64,000 bases of DNA from Eubacterium sp. CAG:180 (GTDB taxonomy: Bacteria; Bacteroidota; Bacteroidia; Bacteroidales; Muribaculaceae): NCBI GenBank assembly GCA_963590405.1, contig CAVAPE010000001.1:18399-82398 (forward strand), in the 5' to 3' direction. The notes beneath the pieces were generated by a model. That model did not search any database and was not told where the DNA came from. It worked only from the letters and a program-made list of their open reading frames with translations. Of the stretch, positions 34,933-43,104 are shown piece by piece. How positions within the stretch are numbered: the first letter of the stretch is position 1; each line of letters begins with the position of its first letter. Both the position numbers and the translations under genes were made by a program.

Positions 34933-35127
34933 CGAAAGCAAAGAGATGCTTTCACCGAATAATGGTTAAACACTACGATTATAATATGGAGTATTAGAAA
35001 ATTGTTTTATTTCGTTGGGAAACGCAGTAAAATGTCTCGAATAATGGTTTTATGTTAGGTTTGTAAATGTTGCTTCTGAGTAAGCAACAAAGAAACAAAG
35101 CTCATCGGAAGATGGGCTTTTTTCTTT
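34933..35127 (+). ncRNA. candidate small RNA, or the processed 3' UTR of the DUF6377 gene
   Basis: TAACTTTG -7-like box at 34919-34926. Internal hairpins at about 34933-34952 and 35069-35088. A 12-mer cgaataatggtt is repeated at 34956 and 35038. An 8-bp stem with a GGAA loop at 35099-35118 is followed by tttttcttt. No ORF over 35 codons on this strand is consistent with this unit. Confidence 0.25.
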
Positions 35128-35180
35128 GTGTGCCCACTGCTGGATGCATAGACGGCATAGCCGCAGACGTATGCCTGAAA

Positions 35181-35210
35181 ACAAAAAATCCTGAAGCGGT
35201 TGCTTCAGGA
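35181..35210 (-). terminator. intrinsic terminator downstream of tRNA-Asp
   Basis: A 9-bp stem tcctgaagc/gcttcagga with loop ggtt, followed on the minus strand by a T tract (the A run at 35183-35188). Confidence 0.7.
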
Positions 35211-35217
35211 CTTTCTG

Positions 35218-35291
35218 CGGTGCGGACGGGACTCGAACCCGCGACCCCATGCGTGACAGGCATGTATTCTAACCAGCTGAACTACCGCACC
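35218..35291 (-). tRNA. tRNA-Asp (anticodon GTC)
   Basis: The reverse complement folds as a cloverleaf: acceptor GGTGCGG/CCGCACC, D arm GTTC-AGCTGGTTA-GAAT, anticodon arm CATGC-CTGTCAC-GCATG, T arm GCGGG-TTCGAGT-CCCGT, discriminator G. CCA is not encoded. Confidence 0.95.
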
Positions 35292-35319
35292 AAGGATAGT
35301 TGCTTTTTGTTAGCGATTG

Positions 35320-35327
35320 CAAAGGTA
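35320..35327 (-). promoter_or_regulatory. candidate -7 box (TACCTTTG on the minus strand) for tRNA-Asp
   Basis: The + strand reads caaaggta, 29 nt upstream of the tRNA 5' end. Confidence 0.45.
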
Positions 35328-35367
35328 CGAACTTTTGCCGACTGTGCAAATTTTTCAGCAGATTTTT

Positions 35368-36189
35368 TTATTCAAATTCGTTGTTTTTCTCGTATTCGTC
35401 GAGGTCGGCAGCCTTACCAGTGTATTGCGGAGCGCGCTTTTCGAGGAATGCTTTGATGCCCTCTTTGTAGTCTGGACCTTGATAAACCTTTTGACGATAG
35501 GAATTTATGCGCTCAAAGTTCTCCGCGTTGATTGAATGTGATGCTTTTGTGAGCATACGGAACTGGCGCTTGATGGCGCTGACCGAAAGCACCGAGTTGC
35601 GGCGCAGCGGATTGAGGATTTTCACTTCCAGAAGTTTGTGGAGCATCTCTGCTGATGCAATTTGGTTGACGAAGCCCACGTTGAGCGCCTCGTGTGCGGT
35701 AAGAGGTGCGCCTGTGAAAAACATCTCACGAGCCTTGTTTACGCCTAGTTGGTTGATGAAGTGCATGATGCCCGAGGCATTGTAAGGAATGCCGATTTTA
35801 GCCGGTGTAATGGCAAATGTGGAGGTCTCCGTTGCCACAATCATATCGCAGGAAATGCAGAGGTCGCAAGCGCCGCCCCAAACCGTGCCCGTAACGCAGG
35901 CGATTACCGGGATTGCCACTTTCTGCACGGTGCGCAGCAGGCGCTCCATCGGCACGTCGTACGACAGCGGGTCGTTGCCGTCCATCGGGAGTTCGTTGAT
36001 GTCGTGTCCAGCGCTCCACACTCCGCGCTTTGTCTGCGCCTCGATGACTATTGCCACGCATTCTTTTTTGTAGCAATCGTTGATTGCATCGACCAATTCC
36101 GAGCACATCTGTTCGCTCAACACGTTGAAATGGTCAGGGTTTTGCATCTCTACAAATCCGATGCGGTCTTCAATTCTTGTTTCAACCAT
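35368..36189 (-). CDS. enoyl-CoA hydratase/crotonase superfamily protein, ScpB/YgfG-like (methylmalonyl-CoA decarboxylase homolog)
   Basis: Near-collinear similarity to E. coli YgfG as I remember it: VWSAGHDINELP..DPLSYD, VTGTVWGGA, STFAITPAKIGIPYN, DYKEGIKAFLEKR. Confidence 0.7.
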   Translation of the reverse strand: MVETRIEDRIGFVEMQNPDHFNVLSEQMCSELVDAINDCYKKECVAIVIEAQTKRGVWSAGHDINELPMDGNDPLSYDVPMERLLRTVQKVAIPVIACVTGTVWGGACDLCISCDMIVATETSTFAITPAKIGIPYNASGIMHFINQLGVNKAREMFFTGAPLTAHEALNVGFVNQIASAEMLHKLLEVKILNPLRRNSVLSVSAIKRQFRMLTKASHSINAENFERINSYRQKVYQGPDYKEGIKAFLEKRAPQYTGKAADLDEYEKNNEFE

Positions 36190-36227
36190 CTGTTTTAGTT
36201 TGTTAGTTTAGAGAATGTTTGTTGATG

Positions 36228-36235
36228 CAAATTTA
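36228..36235 (-). promoter_or_regulatory. candidate -7 box (TAAATTTG on the minus strand) for the ScpB-like gene
   Basis: The + strand reads caaattta, 39 nt upstream of the ATG at 36189. Confidence 0.45.
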
Positions 36236-36269
36236 CTAATAATTTTACTAAAATGGTCATAAAATAGTT

Positions 36270-36300
36270 GAGCCCGGCAATCTTCACGATTGCCGGGCTC
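36270..36300 (-). terminator. stem-loop terminator after the 36428..37180 gene
   Basis: A perfect 13-bp stem gagcccggcaatc/gattgccgggctc with a 5-nt loop. The minus strand continues aactatttta. Confidence 0.55.
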
Positions 36301-36427
36301 TGGTACAATTCATTAGGTCTATCATTAATCTTCTTTTGTGTGTGTCTTCATGCTTTGTTGAATTAAATTATGGTTTGTAACGAACTGATATGAGAGTCAG
36401 AAATCCTAATTGTAACGAGATTGTGCT

Positions 36428-37180
36428 TTACTGACTTTGTTCAAGATAATTTCTGACTTCGGCGATTTTAGTGCTTTTCTTGGCGTAGAGCACGAAAATC
36501 ATCGTTGTAGCCACTACAATTATGCTCTGTGCTATTACGAAGAATTTCGGAATGTCTAAAATCGGAATAACTTTGGCCATTGCCCACCATAAACTCAAAA
36601 GTGTCCAAGATGAGAAAACCAGATTAGTTTCTGTTGTTCTGTATATAGGTTTGTCTGTTAGATCGACGAATCCATTCATTGTGTCAAGGAACTTCTTTGA
36701 TTCTTTAATGTAGACTATCACGTAGGCTACGGTCTGAACCAAGAAAAATATGTAGAAAACGGCATTTATTGCCTTGTTTTCGTGGTTTGTTGTTTGGTCA
36801 ATCTTCCATATCAACGGGAAAAACATGATCGCTATCAGGTTGCCCATCAATATGTCTGTCCGCAACAGCCTTGAATTGAACATCGTAAGCGCGGCGCACA
36901 GGTACATCAGCGAGAGCAGCGATGCCGTTGCAGTTTCCCAGATAGGGAACTGGTTGGCTGCCACTGGCTTTTGCCATATCGGAAAAAGCCAGATATGAAC
37001 AATTCCCATAGCGATGAAGCACGTGCCCAAAATTATGCCCATCGCTGGGAACATGTTCTTTTCGCTTTTGTGTGACCTTAACGCTTTCATGCTGCCAAAC
37101 AACATCGCACTTCCTGCAATTAGGGTTACGATTCCTGCCGCGATTTGCGCGGTTGATGTGTGACAGATGATAGTGTTCAT
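36428..37180 (-). CDS. polytopic membrane protein, function unknown
   Basis: 250 aa with about 7 hydrophobic segments and no recognisable motif. It has its own -7 box and terminator. Confidence 0.5.
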   Translation of the reverse strand: MNTIICHTSTAQIAAGIVTLIAGSAMLFGSMKALRSHKSEKNMFPAMGIILGTCFIAMGIVHIWLFPIWQKPVAANQFPIWETATASLLSLMYLCAALTMFNSRLLRTDILMGNLIAIMFFPLIWKIDQTTNHENKAINAVFYIFFLVQTVAYVIVYIKESKKFLDTMNGFVDLTDKPIYRTTETNLVFSSWTLLSLWWAMAKVIPILDIPKFFVIAQSIIVVATTMIFVLYAKKSTKIAEVRNYLEQSQ

Positions 37181-37199
37181 TTCTATTTTCTTGCGATGG

Positions 37200-37207
37200 C
37201 AAAGTTA
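37200..37207 (-). promoter_or_regulatory. candidate -7 box (TAACTTTG on the minus strand) for the 36428..37180 gene
   Basis: The + strand reads caaagtta, 20 nt upstream of the ATG at 37180. Confidence 0.45.
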
Positions 37208-37228
37208 TGGCGCGTCAAGAGGGTGGAC

Positions 37229-37272
37229 AAAAAAAATCCGTTATTTGTCGGTCGAAACGACGACAAATAACG
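37229..37272 (-). terminator. intrinsic terminator after the AraC-family gene
   Basis: A 12-bp stem cgttatttgtcg/cgacaaataacg, extendable through tcg-aaa-cga, followed on the minus strand by an 8-T run (the A run at 37229-37236). Confidence 0.75.
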
Positions 37273-37318
37273 TGTTTGCGGGTGGAATAACGTTAAATTA
37301 CAAGTTAAATAACGCCTT

Positions 37319-38431
37319 TTATTCGGTTTTCCGCAATTCCGACGGTTTTTTACCAGTCACTTTCTGGAATTGCTGGAAGAAATTTGCACGGTGATTGAAG
37401 CCTACCATCTCGCCAATCTTCTCAAGCGACAGGTCGGGATGCTCCACGAGGAGTTTTTCTGCCTCGCGGATGCGCAGTTCGGTGCGCCAAGTGCGGAAGT
37501 TGGTGTGCAGATAGGTGCGGAAATAGTAGTAAATGTAGTGCGGAGTTGTGTGGAGTTGCTCCGCGAAGTCCTCAAGCACGATGTCCTTTTGCAGATATTT
37601 CTTGTCGGCTACCCACTGGTCGAGCGTTCTTCTGAACTTTATGTCGGCTGCTGGCGCGTTGTTGGAGACGTTTTCGCGGTAGGTGTCTTCATAGATGAGT
37701 GTCACGATGGCAGAACTGCGCACGCTGTAGGAGTAGATGCGCGCGGTGAGGTAGACGCTGTAGGGCGTGTAGCAACACTGAAGTAGTACGGCGGCAAGCA
37801 GCATCACCTCCATTTCGGGTTTAGTGAGCAGGAATATGCTGAACACTGTTCCAGCCACGGCGCAGATGATTTCGCCGCGGAATGTCCACCTTATCCACAC
37901 CAGCCTCGGCTCGATGGTCACGCCGTGTTGCCGCATATAGGCAATGTAGTGGGGCAAGCGGTTGTAGAACATGTAGATGTAGTAGCATATCTGAAGCACG
38001 TTGGCGGCGAGGATGGCGATGTAGAAGCCGTCGGCGATGTCCGGGTCGGCGACGAGGGCGTATGCCGAAATGCCGACGATGCCAGTGCCTACAATGAAGA
38101 CTATTTGCCTCGAAAGCCAGCGGCGGCTCACGCTATGGGGGGCGATGAAGACGTAGATTGTGGTGAATGCCAGTAGAGTAATGGCAAGATTTACAGTCAC
38201 GGACACAACGAAATCCTTATCCAGGTCGGTGCTGGCGAAGTTGCCCGTAATTTTGACTATGTTGATGATTACGATGCTCGTCAGCGCCAATGCTTGGCAG
38301 AACTTGGCGATGCGGATTTTGACGAATTCCTCCTTCTTAGGCAAGCGAAGAACGAACAACATCACGGCGAGAGTAGCGAGGATGGTGCTTGATATGATTG
38401 TTGTGTATTTAAGAAGGACTGCAGCAAACAT
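37319..38431 (-). CDS. AraC family transcriptional regulator with an N-terminal polytopic membrane domain
   Basis: About 250 aa of TM segments, then an AraC HTH pair (DFAEQLHTTPHYIYYYFRTYLHTNFRTWRTELRIREAEKLL...IGEMVGFNHRANFFQQFQKVTGKKPSELR). Confidence 0.8.
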   Translation of the reverse strand: MFAAVLLKYTTIISSTILATLAVMLFVLRLPKKEEFVKIRIAKFCQALALTSIVIINIVKITGNFASTDLDKDFVVSVTVNLAITLLAFTTIYVFIAPHSVSRRWLSRQIVFIVGTGIVGISAYALVADPDIADGFYIAILAANVLQICYYIYMFYNRLPHYIAYMRQHGVTIEPRLVWIRWTFRGEIICAVAGTVFSIFLLTKPEMEVMLLAAVLLQCCYTPYSVYLTARIYSYSVRSSAIVTLIYEDTYRENVSNNAPAADIKFRRTLDQWVADKKYLQKDIVLEDFAEQLHTTPHYIYYYFRTYLHTNFRTWRTELRIREAEKLLVEHPDLSLEKIGEMVGFNHRANFFQQFQKVTGKKPSELRKTE

Positions 38432-38540
38432 ATATCAATCAGTTCGTTTAACCTTGTAAAGGTATGAAAAAAACTGGGCTTCTGATATTAAATATCTCAA
38501 CAAATAATAATATTTCACACTTCTTAACACGTTGCTTTTG

Positions 38541-38576
38541 GTTTGAAAATAAAACCCCAGGGTTGAGCCTGGGGTT
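38541..38576 (-). terminator. intrinsic terminator after xpt (end of the ftsX...xpt operon)
   Basis: The stem aaccccagg/cctggggtt with loop gttgag is followed on the minus strand by ttttattttcaaac. Confidence 0.7.
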
Positions 38577-38627
38577 AGCAAATGGTGCCGCCTGAGGGGC
38601 GAGCGCCAGTGTATGTGAACTTCCGTT

Positions 38628-39194
38628 TTAGCGGAATCGGATTTCGTTGTTGTCGAGGCTGTCGATGATGGCGAGGCTCTTCACGTTGTAGCCTGCTTCG
38701 CGCAGACGGTCGCCGCCGCCTTGAAAGCCTTTTTCAATTATAAATCCCATGCCTTCAATTGTTGCTCCAGCCTGCTCGGCGAGGGCAATCATGCCGTTGG
38801 AGGCGTTGCCATAGGCGAGAAAGTCGTCGATAAAGAGCACATGGTCGTCGGCGGTGAGGAAATTGTTGCTGATGCATACCGTTTCCACCGTGTTTTTTGT
38901 GAACGAGCGCACCTCAGCCACGAGCATATTCTCCATTGTGCTCGGCTTTGCCTTCTTGATGAACACCACCGGCAGTTGCAGTTGGTAGCCCATCATGATT
39001 GCCGGAGCGATGCCGCTTGCCTCGATGGTTACAATTTTGTTGAAATTGCAGTCGGCAAACAGTCTGCCGAACTCTTTAGCCGCCTCAAACATCAGGTTTG
39101 GGTCGAGTTGATGGTTGAGGAAGCGGTCCACTTTCAGCACTCCGCCGGGGAGCAGTCTGCCGTCCTGAAGGATGCGTTGTTTTAGAAGTTCCAT
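38628..39194 (-). CDS. xpt: xanthine phosphoribosyltransferase
   Basis: 188 aa with the typical Xpt N-terminus [32 protein letters not shown] and the PRPP motif [13 protein letters not shown]. Confidence 0.9.
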   Translation of the reverse strand: MELLKQRILQDGRLLPGGVLKVDRFLNHQLDPNLMFEAAKEFGRLFADCNFNKIVTIEASGIAPAIMMGYQLQLPVVFIKKAKPSTMENMLVAEVRSFTKNTVETVCISNNFLTADDHVLFIDDFLAYGNASNGMIALAEQAGATIEGMGFIIEKGFQGGGDRLREAGYNVKSLAIIDSLDNNEIRFR

Positions 39195-39204
39195 ATATGG
39201 GGGA

Positions 39205-40254
39205 TTATATAATCAGCATTGCGTCGCCGTAGACACCGAAGCGGTATTTCTCCTTCACAGCCACGTCGTAGGCGTTCATCACCTTCTCGTAGTCGCCGAA
39301 GGCAGCCACCATCATCAGCATAGTGGAGTAGGGCATGTGGAAGTTGCTTATGAGCGATGTGCACACCTCAAAGTCGTAGGGCGGGAAGATGAATTTGTTG
39401 GTCCATCCGCTGTATTCCTTGATGTGTCCGTTCATGCTCACTGCCGTGGCGATGGCGCGGAGCACCGATGTGCCGGCAGCGCAGACTGCATGACCTTTGT
39501 CCTTGGTTTCGTTTACCTTCTTCACGAGTTCGGCGGAAATCTCCATCTGCTCCGAGTCCATACGGTGCTTGGTGAGGTCTTCAACGTCGATTTCGCGGAA
39601 ATTACCCAAGCCGAAGTGCAAGGTGAGGAAATCGTAGTTTATGCCCTTGATTTCCATGCGCTTCATCACCTCGCGGCTGAAGTGCAGACCAGCGGCAGGA
39701 GCCACCACGGCGCCTTCGTTTTTGGCGAAGATGCACTGGAAGCGATCCACATCGTCTTCCGTAGGCTCGCGGTTGATGTAGAGAGGCAGCGGCGTCTGGC
39801 CGAGGGCAAAGAGAGCCTCCTTAAATTCCTCGTGCGAACCGTCGTAGAGGAAGCGGAGAGTGCGGCCGCGTGAGGTGGTGTTGTCAATCACCTCAGCCAC
39901 CATTGAGTCGTCCTCGCCGAAGTAGAGTTTGTTGCCGATGCGGATTTTGCGGGCAGGCTCTACGAGCACGTCCCACAGTTTGTGCTCCTCGTTGAGTTCG
40001 CGGAGGAGAAACACCTCGATGCGAGCGTTGGTCTTTTCCTTGTTTCCGTAGAGGCGGGCAGGAAACACCTTCGTGTCGTTGAGAAGCATCAAGTCGCCAT
40101 CATCGAAATAGTCGATGATGTCCTTAAAAATTTTGTGTTCGATTTCGCCTGTCTTCTTGTGCAACACCATCAATCGCGCTTCATCGCGTTCTTCCGACGG
40201 TGTCTGTGCTATCAATTCCTCTGGTAGTTTGAATTTGAATTGTGACAACTTCAT
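39205..40254 (-). CDS. queA: S-adenosylmethionine:tRNA ribosyltransferase-isomerase
   Basis: [31 protein letters not shown]... and a ...[11 protein letters not shown]-terminus typical of QueA. Confidence 0.95.
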   Translation of the reverse strand: MKLSQFKFKLPEELIAQTPSEERDEARLMVLHKKTGEIEHKIFKDIIDYFDDGDLMLLNDTKVFPARLYGNKEKTNARIEVFLLRELNEEHKLWDVLVEPARKIRIGNKLYFGEDDSMVAEVIDNTTSRGRTLRFLYDGSHEEFKEALFALGQTPLPLYINREPTEDDVDRFQCIFAKNEGAVVAPAAGLHFSREVMKRMEIKGINYDFLTLHFGLGNFREIDVEDLTKHRMDSEQMEISAELVKKVNETKDKGHAVCAAGTSVLRAIATAVSMNGHIKEYSGWTNKFIFPPYDFEVCTSLISNFHMPYSTMLMMVAAFGDYEKVMNAYDVAVKEKYRFGVYGDAMLII

Positions 40255-40268
40255 AGATACTTCTGTTT

Positions 40269-41003
40269 TTATACTTTTTCTTCTTTTTCTTTTCTCATCT
40301 CTTCCGGAAGTTCAAAGTCTTCCACTTTCAGGCGTGCCGCAAGGTCGGCAACGCTCTCGCAATCAGCCACCTTCACGTCGCCCACGCGGGTGCGGCGCAG
40401 AGCCGTCAGGTGTCCGCCGCTGCCGAGGGCTTCGGCAATGTCGCGCGCCAGGGCGCGGATGTAGGTGCCTTTGCTGCACACCACACGGATGCGTATCTCC
40501 GGCAGGTTGCATTCCAGCAGTTCAATCTCGTCGATGACGAGTTCTTTAGCCTTGATTTCCACCGTCTTGCCTTTGCGAGCCATCTTGTAGGCGCGCTTTC
40601 CGTCGACCTTGCATGCCGAGTAGGCTGGCGGCACTTGCTGGATGCGTCCCGTAAACTGGGCGAGCACTTGCTCCACGCTCTCGCGGGTGATGTGCTCCCA
40701 CGGATATTCAGCATCCACCTCAGTTTCGAGGTCGAAACTTGGGGTGGTTGCGCCGAGGCGTATCACGGCTTCATATTCTTTCACATGGGCTTGCAGTTCC
40801 TCAATGCGCTTGGTGGCGCGCCCCGTGACCACAATCATCACGCCTGTGGCGAGGGGGTCGAGGGTGCCAGCGTGGCCCACTTTCAGTTTCTTGATTTTGG
40901 TGCGGCGGCTCAGTTCTCCGCGCACACGCTTCACTACGTCGAACGAGGTCCAAGTCAGAGGCTTGTCGACGTAAAATATCTCTCCTTCAACGGGATGCAA
41001 CAT
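40269..41003 (-). CDS. truB: tRNA pseudouridine(55) synthase
   Basis: Catalytic motif [16 protein letters not shown] and later [13 protein letters not shown]. Confidence 0.95.
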   Translation of the reverse strand: MLHPVEGEIFYVDKPLTWTSFDVVKRVRGELSRRTKIKKLKVGHAGTLDPLATGVMIVVTGRATKRIEELQAHVKEYEAVIRLGATTPSFDLETEVDAEYPWEHITRESVEQVLAQFTGRIQQVPPAYSACKVDGKRAYKMARKGKTVEIKAKELVIDEIELLECNLPEIRIRVVCSKGTYIRALARDIAEALGSGGHLTALRRTRVGDVKVADCESVADLAARLKVEDFELPEEMRKEKEEKV

Positions 41004-41013
41004 CTCTCGAGGC

Positions 41014-41817
41014 TTAAATCAATGAGTAAACCAATGTTGCAATGCCGACGATTGCGCAGTAGATTGCAAAATACACAAGTTTGCCACGCTTCACGATGTT
41101 GATCATCCATTTGCATGCCAGGCATCCCGAGACGAACGCCGCAATGAAGCCCACAATCAGCGCTGCTGCGGAGATGTCGCCCGTCACTGCCTCTGCGCCG
41201 CCCTTAATCATTTTCAAAACGTCGAGGAGTGCCTCGCCGAGGATTGGCGGAATGACCATAATAAACGAGAACTGCGCGAGTTTCTCTTTTTTGTTGCCGA
41301 GCAGAAGTCCAGTGGCAATCGTTGTGCCGGAGCGTGACAATCCAGGGAGCACTGCCACTGCCTGCGACAAACCGATGATGAAGGCATCGCGCGTGGAGAT
41401 GGATTGCTTCTGGCGAGGCTTTGCGTAGTAGGAGAATGTGAGGAGCAGGGCTGTTACGAGGAGCATCGAGCCAACGATGGCGAGCCCCGAGCCGAAAATC
41501 TCTTCAACATAGTCCTTGAAGAACACGCCGACGATGCCCACGGGAATCATCGAGACGATGACGTTGACGAAATAGCGCTGCTCGTCGTTATATCCTTTTG
41601 CGAAAAGTCCTTTGAAAATCCAACTGATTTCCTTCCAGAGGATTACGAGTGTGCTGAGCACCGTGGCTACGTGCACCGCGATGGTGAACGTGAGGTTTGA
41701 CTCTGCGTCAATGCCGAAAAGTGCCGAGCCGATGGCGAGGTGTCCGCTGCTGCTCACTGGAAGGTATTCGGTGAGGCCCTGAACGAGGCCGAGAATTAGT
41801 GCTTCTATCCAGTCCAT
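41014..41817 (-). CDS. uppP: undecaprenyl-diphosphate phosphatase
   Basis: 267 aa. The [13 protein letters not shown] and [10 protein letters not shown] motifs belong to the BacA/UppP family. Confidence 0.9.
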   Translation of the reverse strand: MDWIEALILGLVQGLTEYLPVSSSGHLAIGSALFGIDAESNLTFTIAVHVATVLSTLVILWKEISWIFKGLFAKGYNDEQRYFVNVIVSMIPVGIVGVFFKDYVEEIFGSGLAIVGSMLLVTALLLTFSYYAKPRQKQSISTRDAFIIGLSQAVAVLPGLSRSGTTIATGLLLGNKKEKLAQFSFIMVIPPILGEALLDVLKMIKGGAEAVTGDISAAALIVGFIAAFVSGCLACKWMINIVKRGKLVYFAIYCAIVGIATLVYSLI

Positions 41818-41820
41818 TGC

Positions 41821-42081
41821 CTAATTTTTCTTTTTGTAGAGGATTGCAAAAAACATTGTAACGAAGCCGATAAACGAGAAACCCGGACCCACGGCGGTGC
41901 GCATGGTGCTGAAAATGTCGGGGTTGAACTTCTCTTCGGTTGTCGCTCCTCCGCTCATCATCAGGAAGCCGATGATGATGAGTGCCACTGAGACACCCAT
42001 GAGGATGTAGTTGATTTTTTCCAACGGGCGTGACTGCTCGTTTACGGGTTTTTCGCCCGGAGTATTTGTCTTTGTTTCCAT
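41821..42081 (-). CDS. DUF3098-like small membrane protein
   Basis: 86 aa with two TM segments and the NYILMGVSVALIIIGFLMM pattern. It occupies the conserved position between ftsX and uppP in Bacteroidota. Confidence 0.6.
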   Translation of the reverse strand: METKTNTPGEKPVNEQSRPLEKINYILMGVSVALIIIGFLMMSGGATTEEKFNPDIFSTMRTAVGPGFSFIGFVTMFFAILYKKKN

Positions 42082-42096
42082 TATCGTTGTTGAGTC

Positions 42097-42975
42097 TTAT
42101 CGTTTAAACAAGTCGTCGTAGTCGAGGTGGATGTACTTCGTGGCTGCGAAGAATGCCGCGATGCCCGAGATGGCGATGCCCACCACGGCAAGTCCGGCAA
42201 ACACTATCGCCACTTCAGCCTCCGTAATCATAGTGCCCACGATGCTGCCCACCATACTCTGCGCTGCAAAGTAGAAGCCCACAAACACGAGGCATGCCAA
42301 CACTGCGGCTATCAAGCCGTTGAGCATGTTTTGCACCACAAAAGGCTTGCGGATAAATCCCGGTTTCGCTCCCACGAGTTTCATAGTGTGGATGAGAAAC
42401 CTGCGAGAGTAGACGGTGAGGCGTACGGTGTTGTTAATGAGGGCGAAAGAGATGAACACCAGCAGGGCTGCCACAACAAGGAGCACTATCGAGATGTTGC
42501 TGATGTTTTTGTTGGCGGCTTCCACCTCCGTTTCGTAGAGCGCAACCTCTTCCACGCCTTGGCGTTTCTGCAGGTCGGCTTGTATCTTTTTCAACTTGCC
42601 CACTTCGGCATAGTTGGCTTTCACATTTATCTGGAACTCAGCGCTGAGGGGGTTCACGCCGAAGGTTTCAATGAGGTCTTCGCCCGTGTCGTCCTTCCAT
42701 TGTGCGAGAGCCTCTTCCTTCGAGATGTATTCCACTTTTGCAACGTAGGGCGCGGTCTTGAACAAGGTGTTGAGCGCACTGACGTCGGCATCTGAGGCAT
42801 CGGCATTGAGCACGATGCTGAAACCCATGTTCTCTTTGAGGTCGCGGCTCATGGTGCGCGCCGAAAGTCCGAGAAACGCAGTTACTCCAATCAGAATGAG
42901 CACCAGGGCAACACTCACTGTTGCTGTGACGTTCGACTGGAAATGTGAAATCTTTGATTTGTGCTCTTTTGCCAT
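42097..42975 (-). CDS. ftsX: cell division protein FtsX (permease-like)
   Basis: 292 aa with one TM, a periplasmic domain and three C-terminal TMs, the FtsX-like permease pattern. Confidence 0.8.
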   Translation of the reverse strand: MAKEHKSKISHFQSNVTATVSVALVLILIGVTAFLGLSARTMSRDLKENMGFSIVLNADASDADVSALNTLFKTAPYVAKVEYISKEEALAQWKDDTGEDLIETFGVNPLSAEFQINVKANYAEVGKLKKIQADLQKRQGVEEVALYETEVEAANKNISNISIVLLVVAALLVFISFALINNTVRLTVYSRRFLIHTMKLVGAKPGFIRKPFVVQNMLNGLIAAVLACLVFVGFYFAAQSMVGSIVGTMITEAEVAIVFAGLAVVGIAISGIAAFFAATKYIHLDYDDLFKR

Positions 42976-42997
42976 AAAAAATTAGCCTATTTGGCTG

Positions 42998-43005
42998 CAA
43001 AGATA
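42998..43005 (-). promoter_or_regulatory. candidate -7 box (TATCTTTG on the minus strand) for the ftsX operon
   Basis: The + strand reads caaagata, 23 nt upstream of the ATG at 42975. Confidence 0.5.
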
Positions 43006-43104
43006 CAACGCAGAGCACCCCTTTGTCAACTATTTACGGAATTTTCACACCCTTTGCAGCCGAATTTTCGCAATTTGGCGACAATGGTTAGTTTAATTTC
43101 TCAG

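Noticed and set aside
34890-34997. 35-codon ORF (MVIEMLDSGCNFAMSKAKRCFHRIMVKHYDYNMEY) downstream of the DUF6377 gene
   Set aside because: There is no supporting signal beyond a nearby AT-rich -7-like match. It straddles the better-placed -7 box at 34919, and I cannot assess conservation. I kept it only as an alternative reading within the sRNA finding.
32347-35291. Genomic island integrated at tRNA-Asp (TA module + orphan regulator)
   Set aside because: I found no integrase or recombinase gene and no direct repeat of the tRNA 3' end. The content is only two small units.
35050-35456. ORFs 35050..35250 (-) and 35067..35456 (+) around 35.1-35.4 kb
   Set aside because: They run through the tRNA-Asp gene and its terminator and promoter. 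The tRNA cloverleaf explains this sequence.
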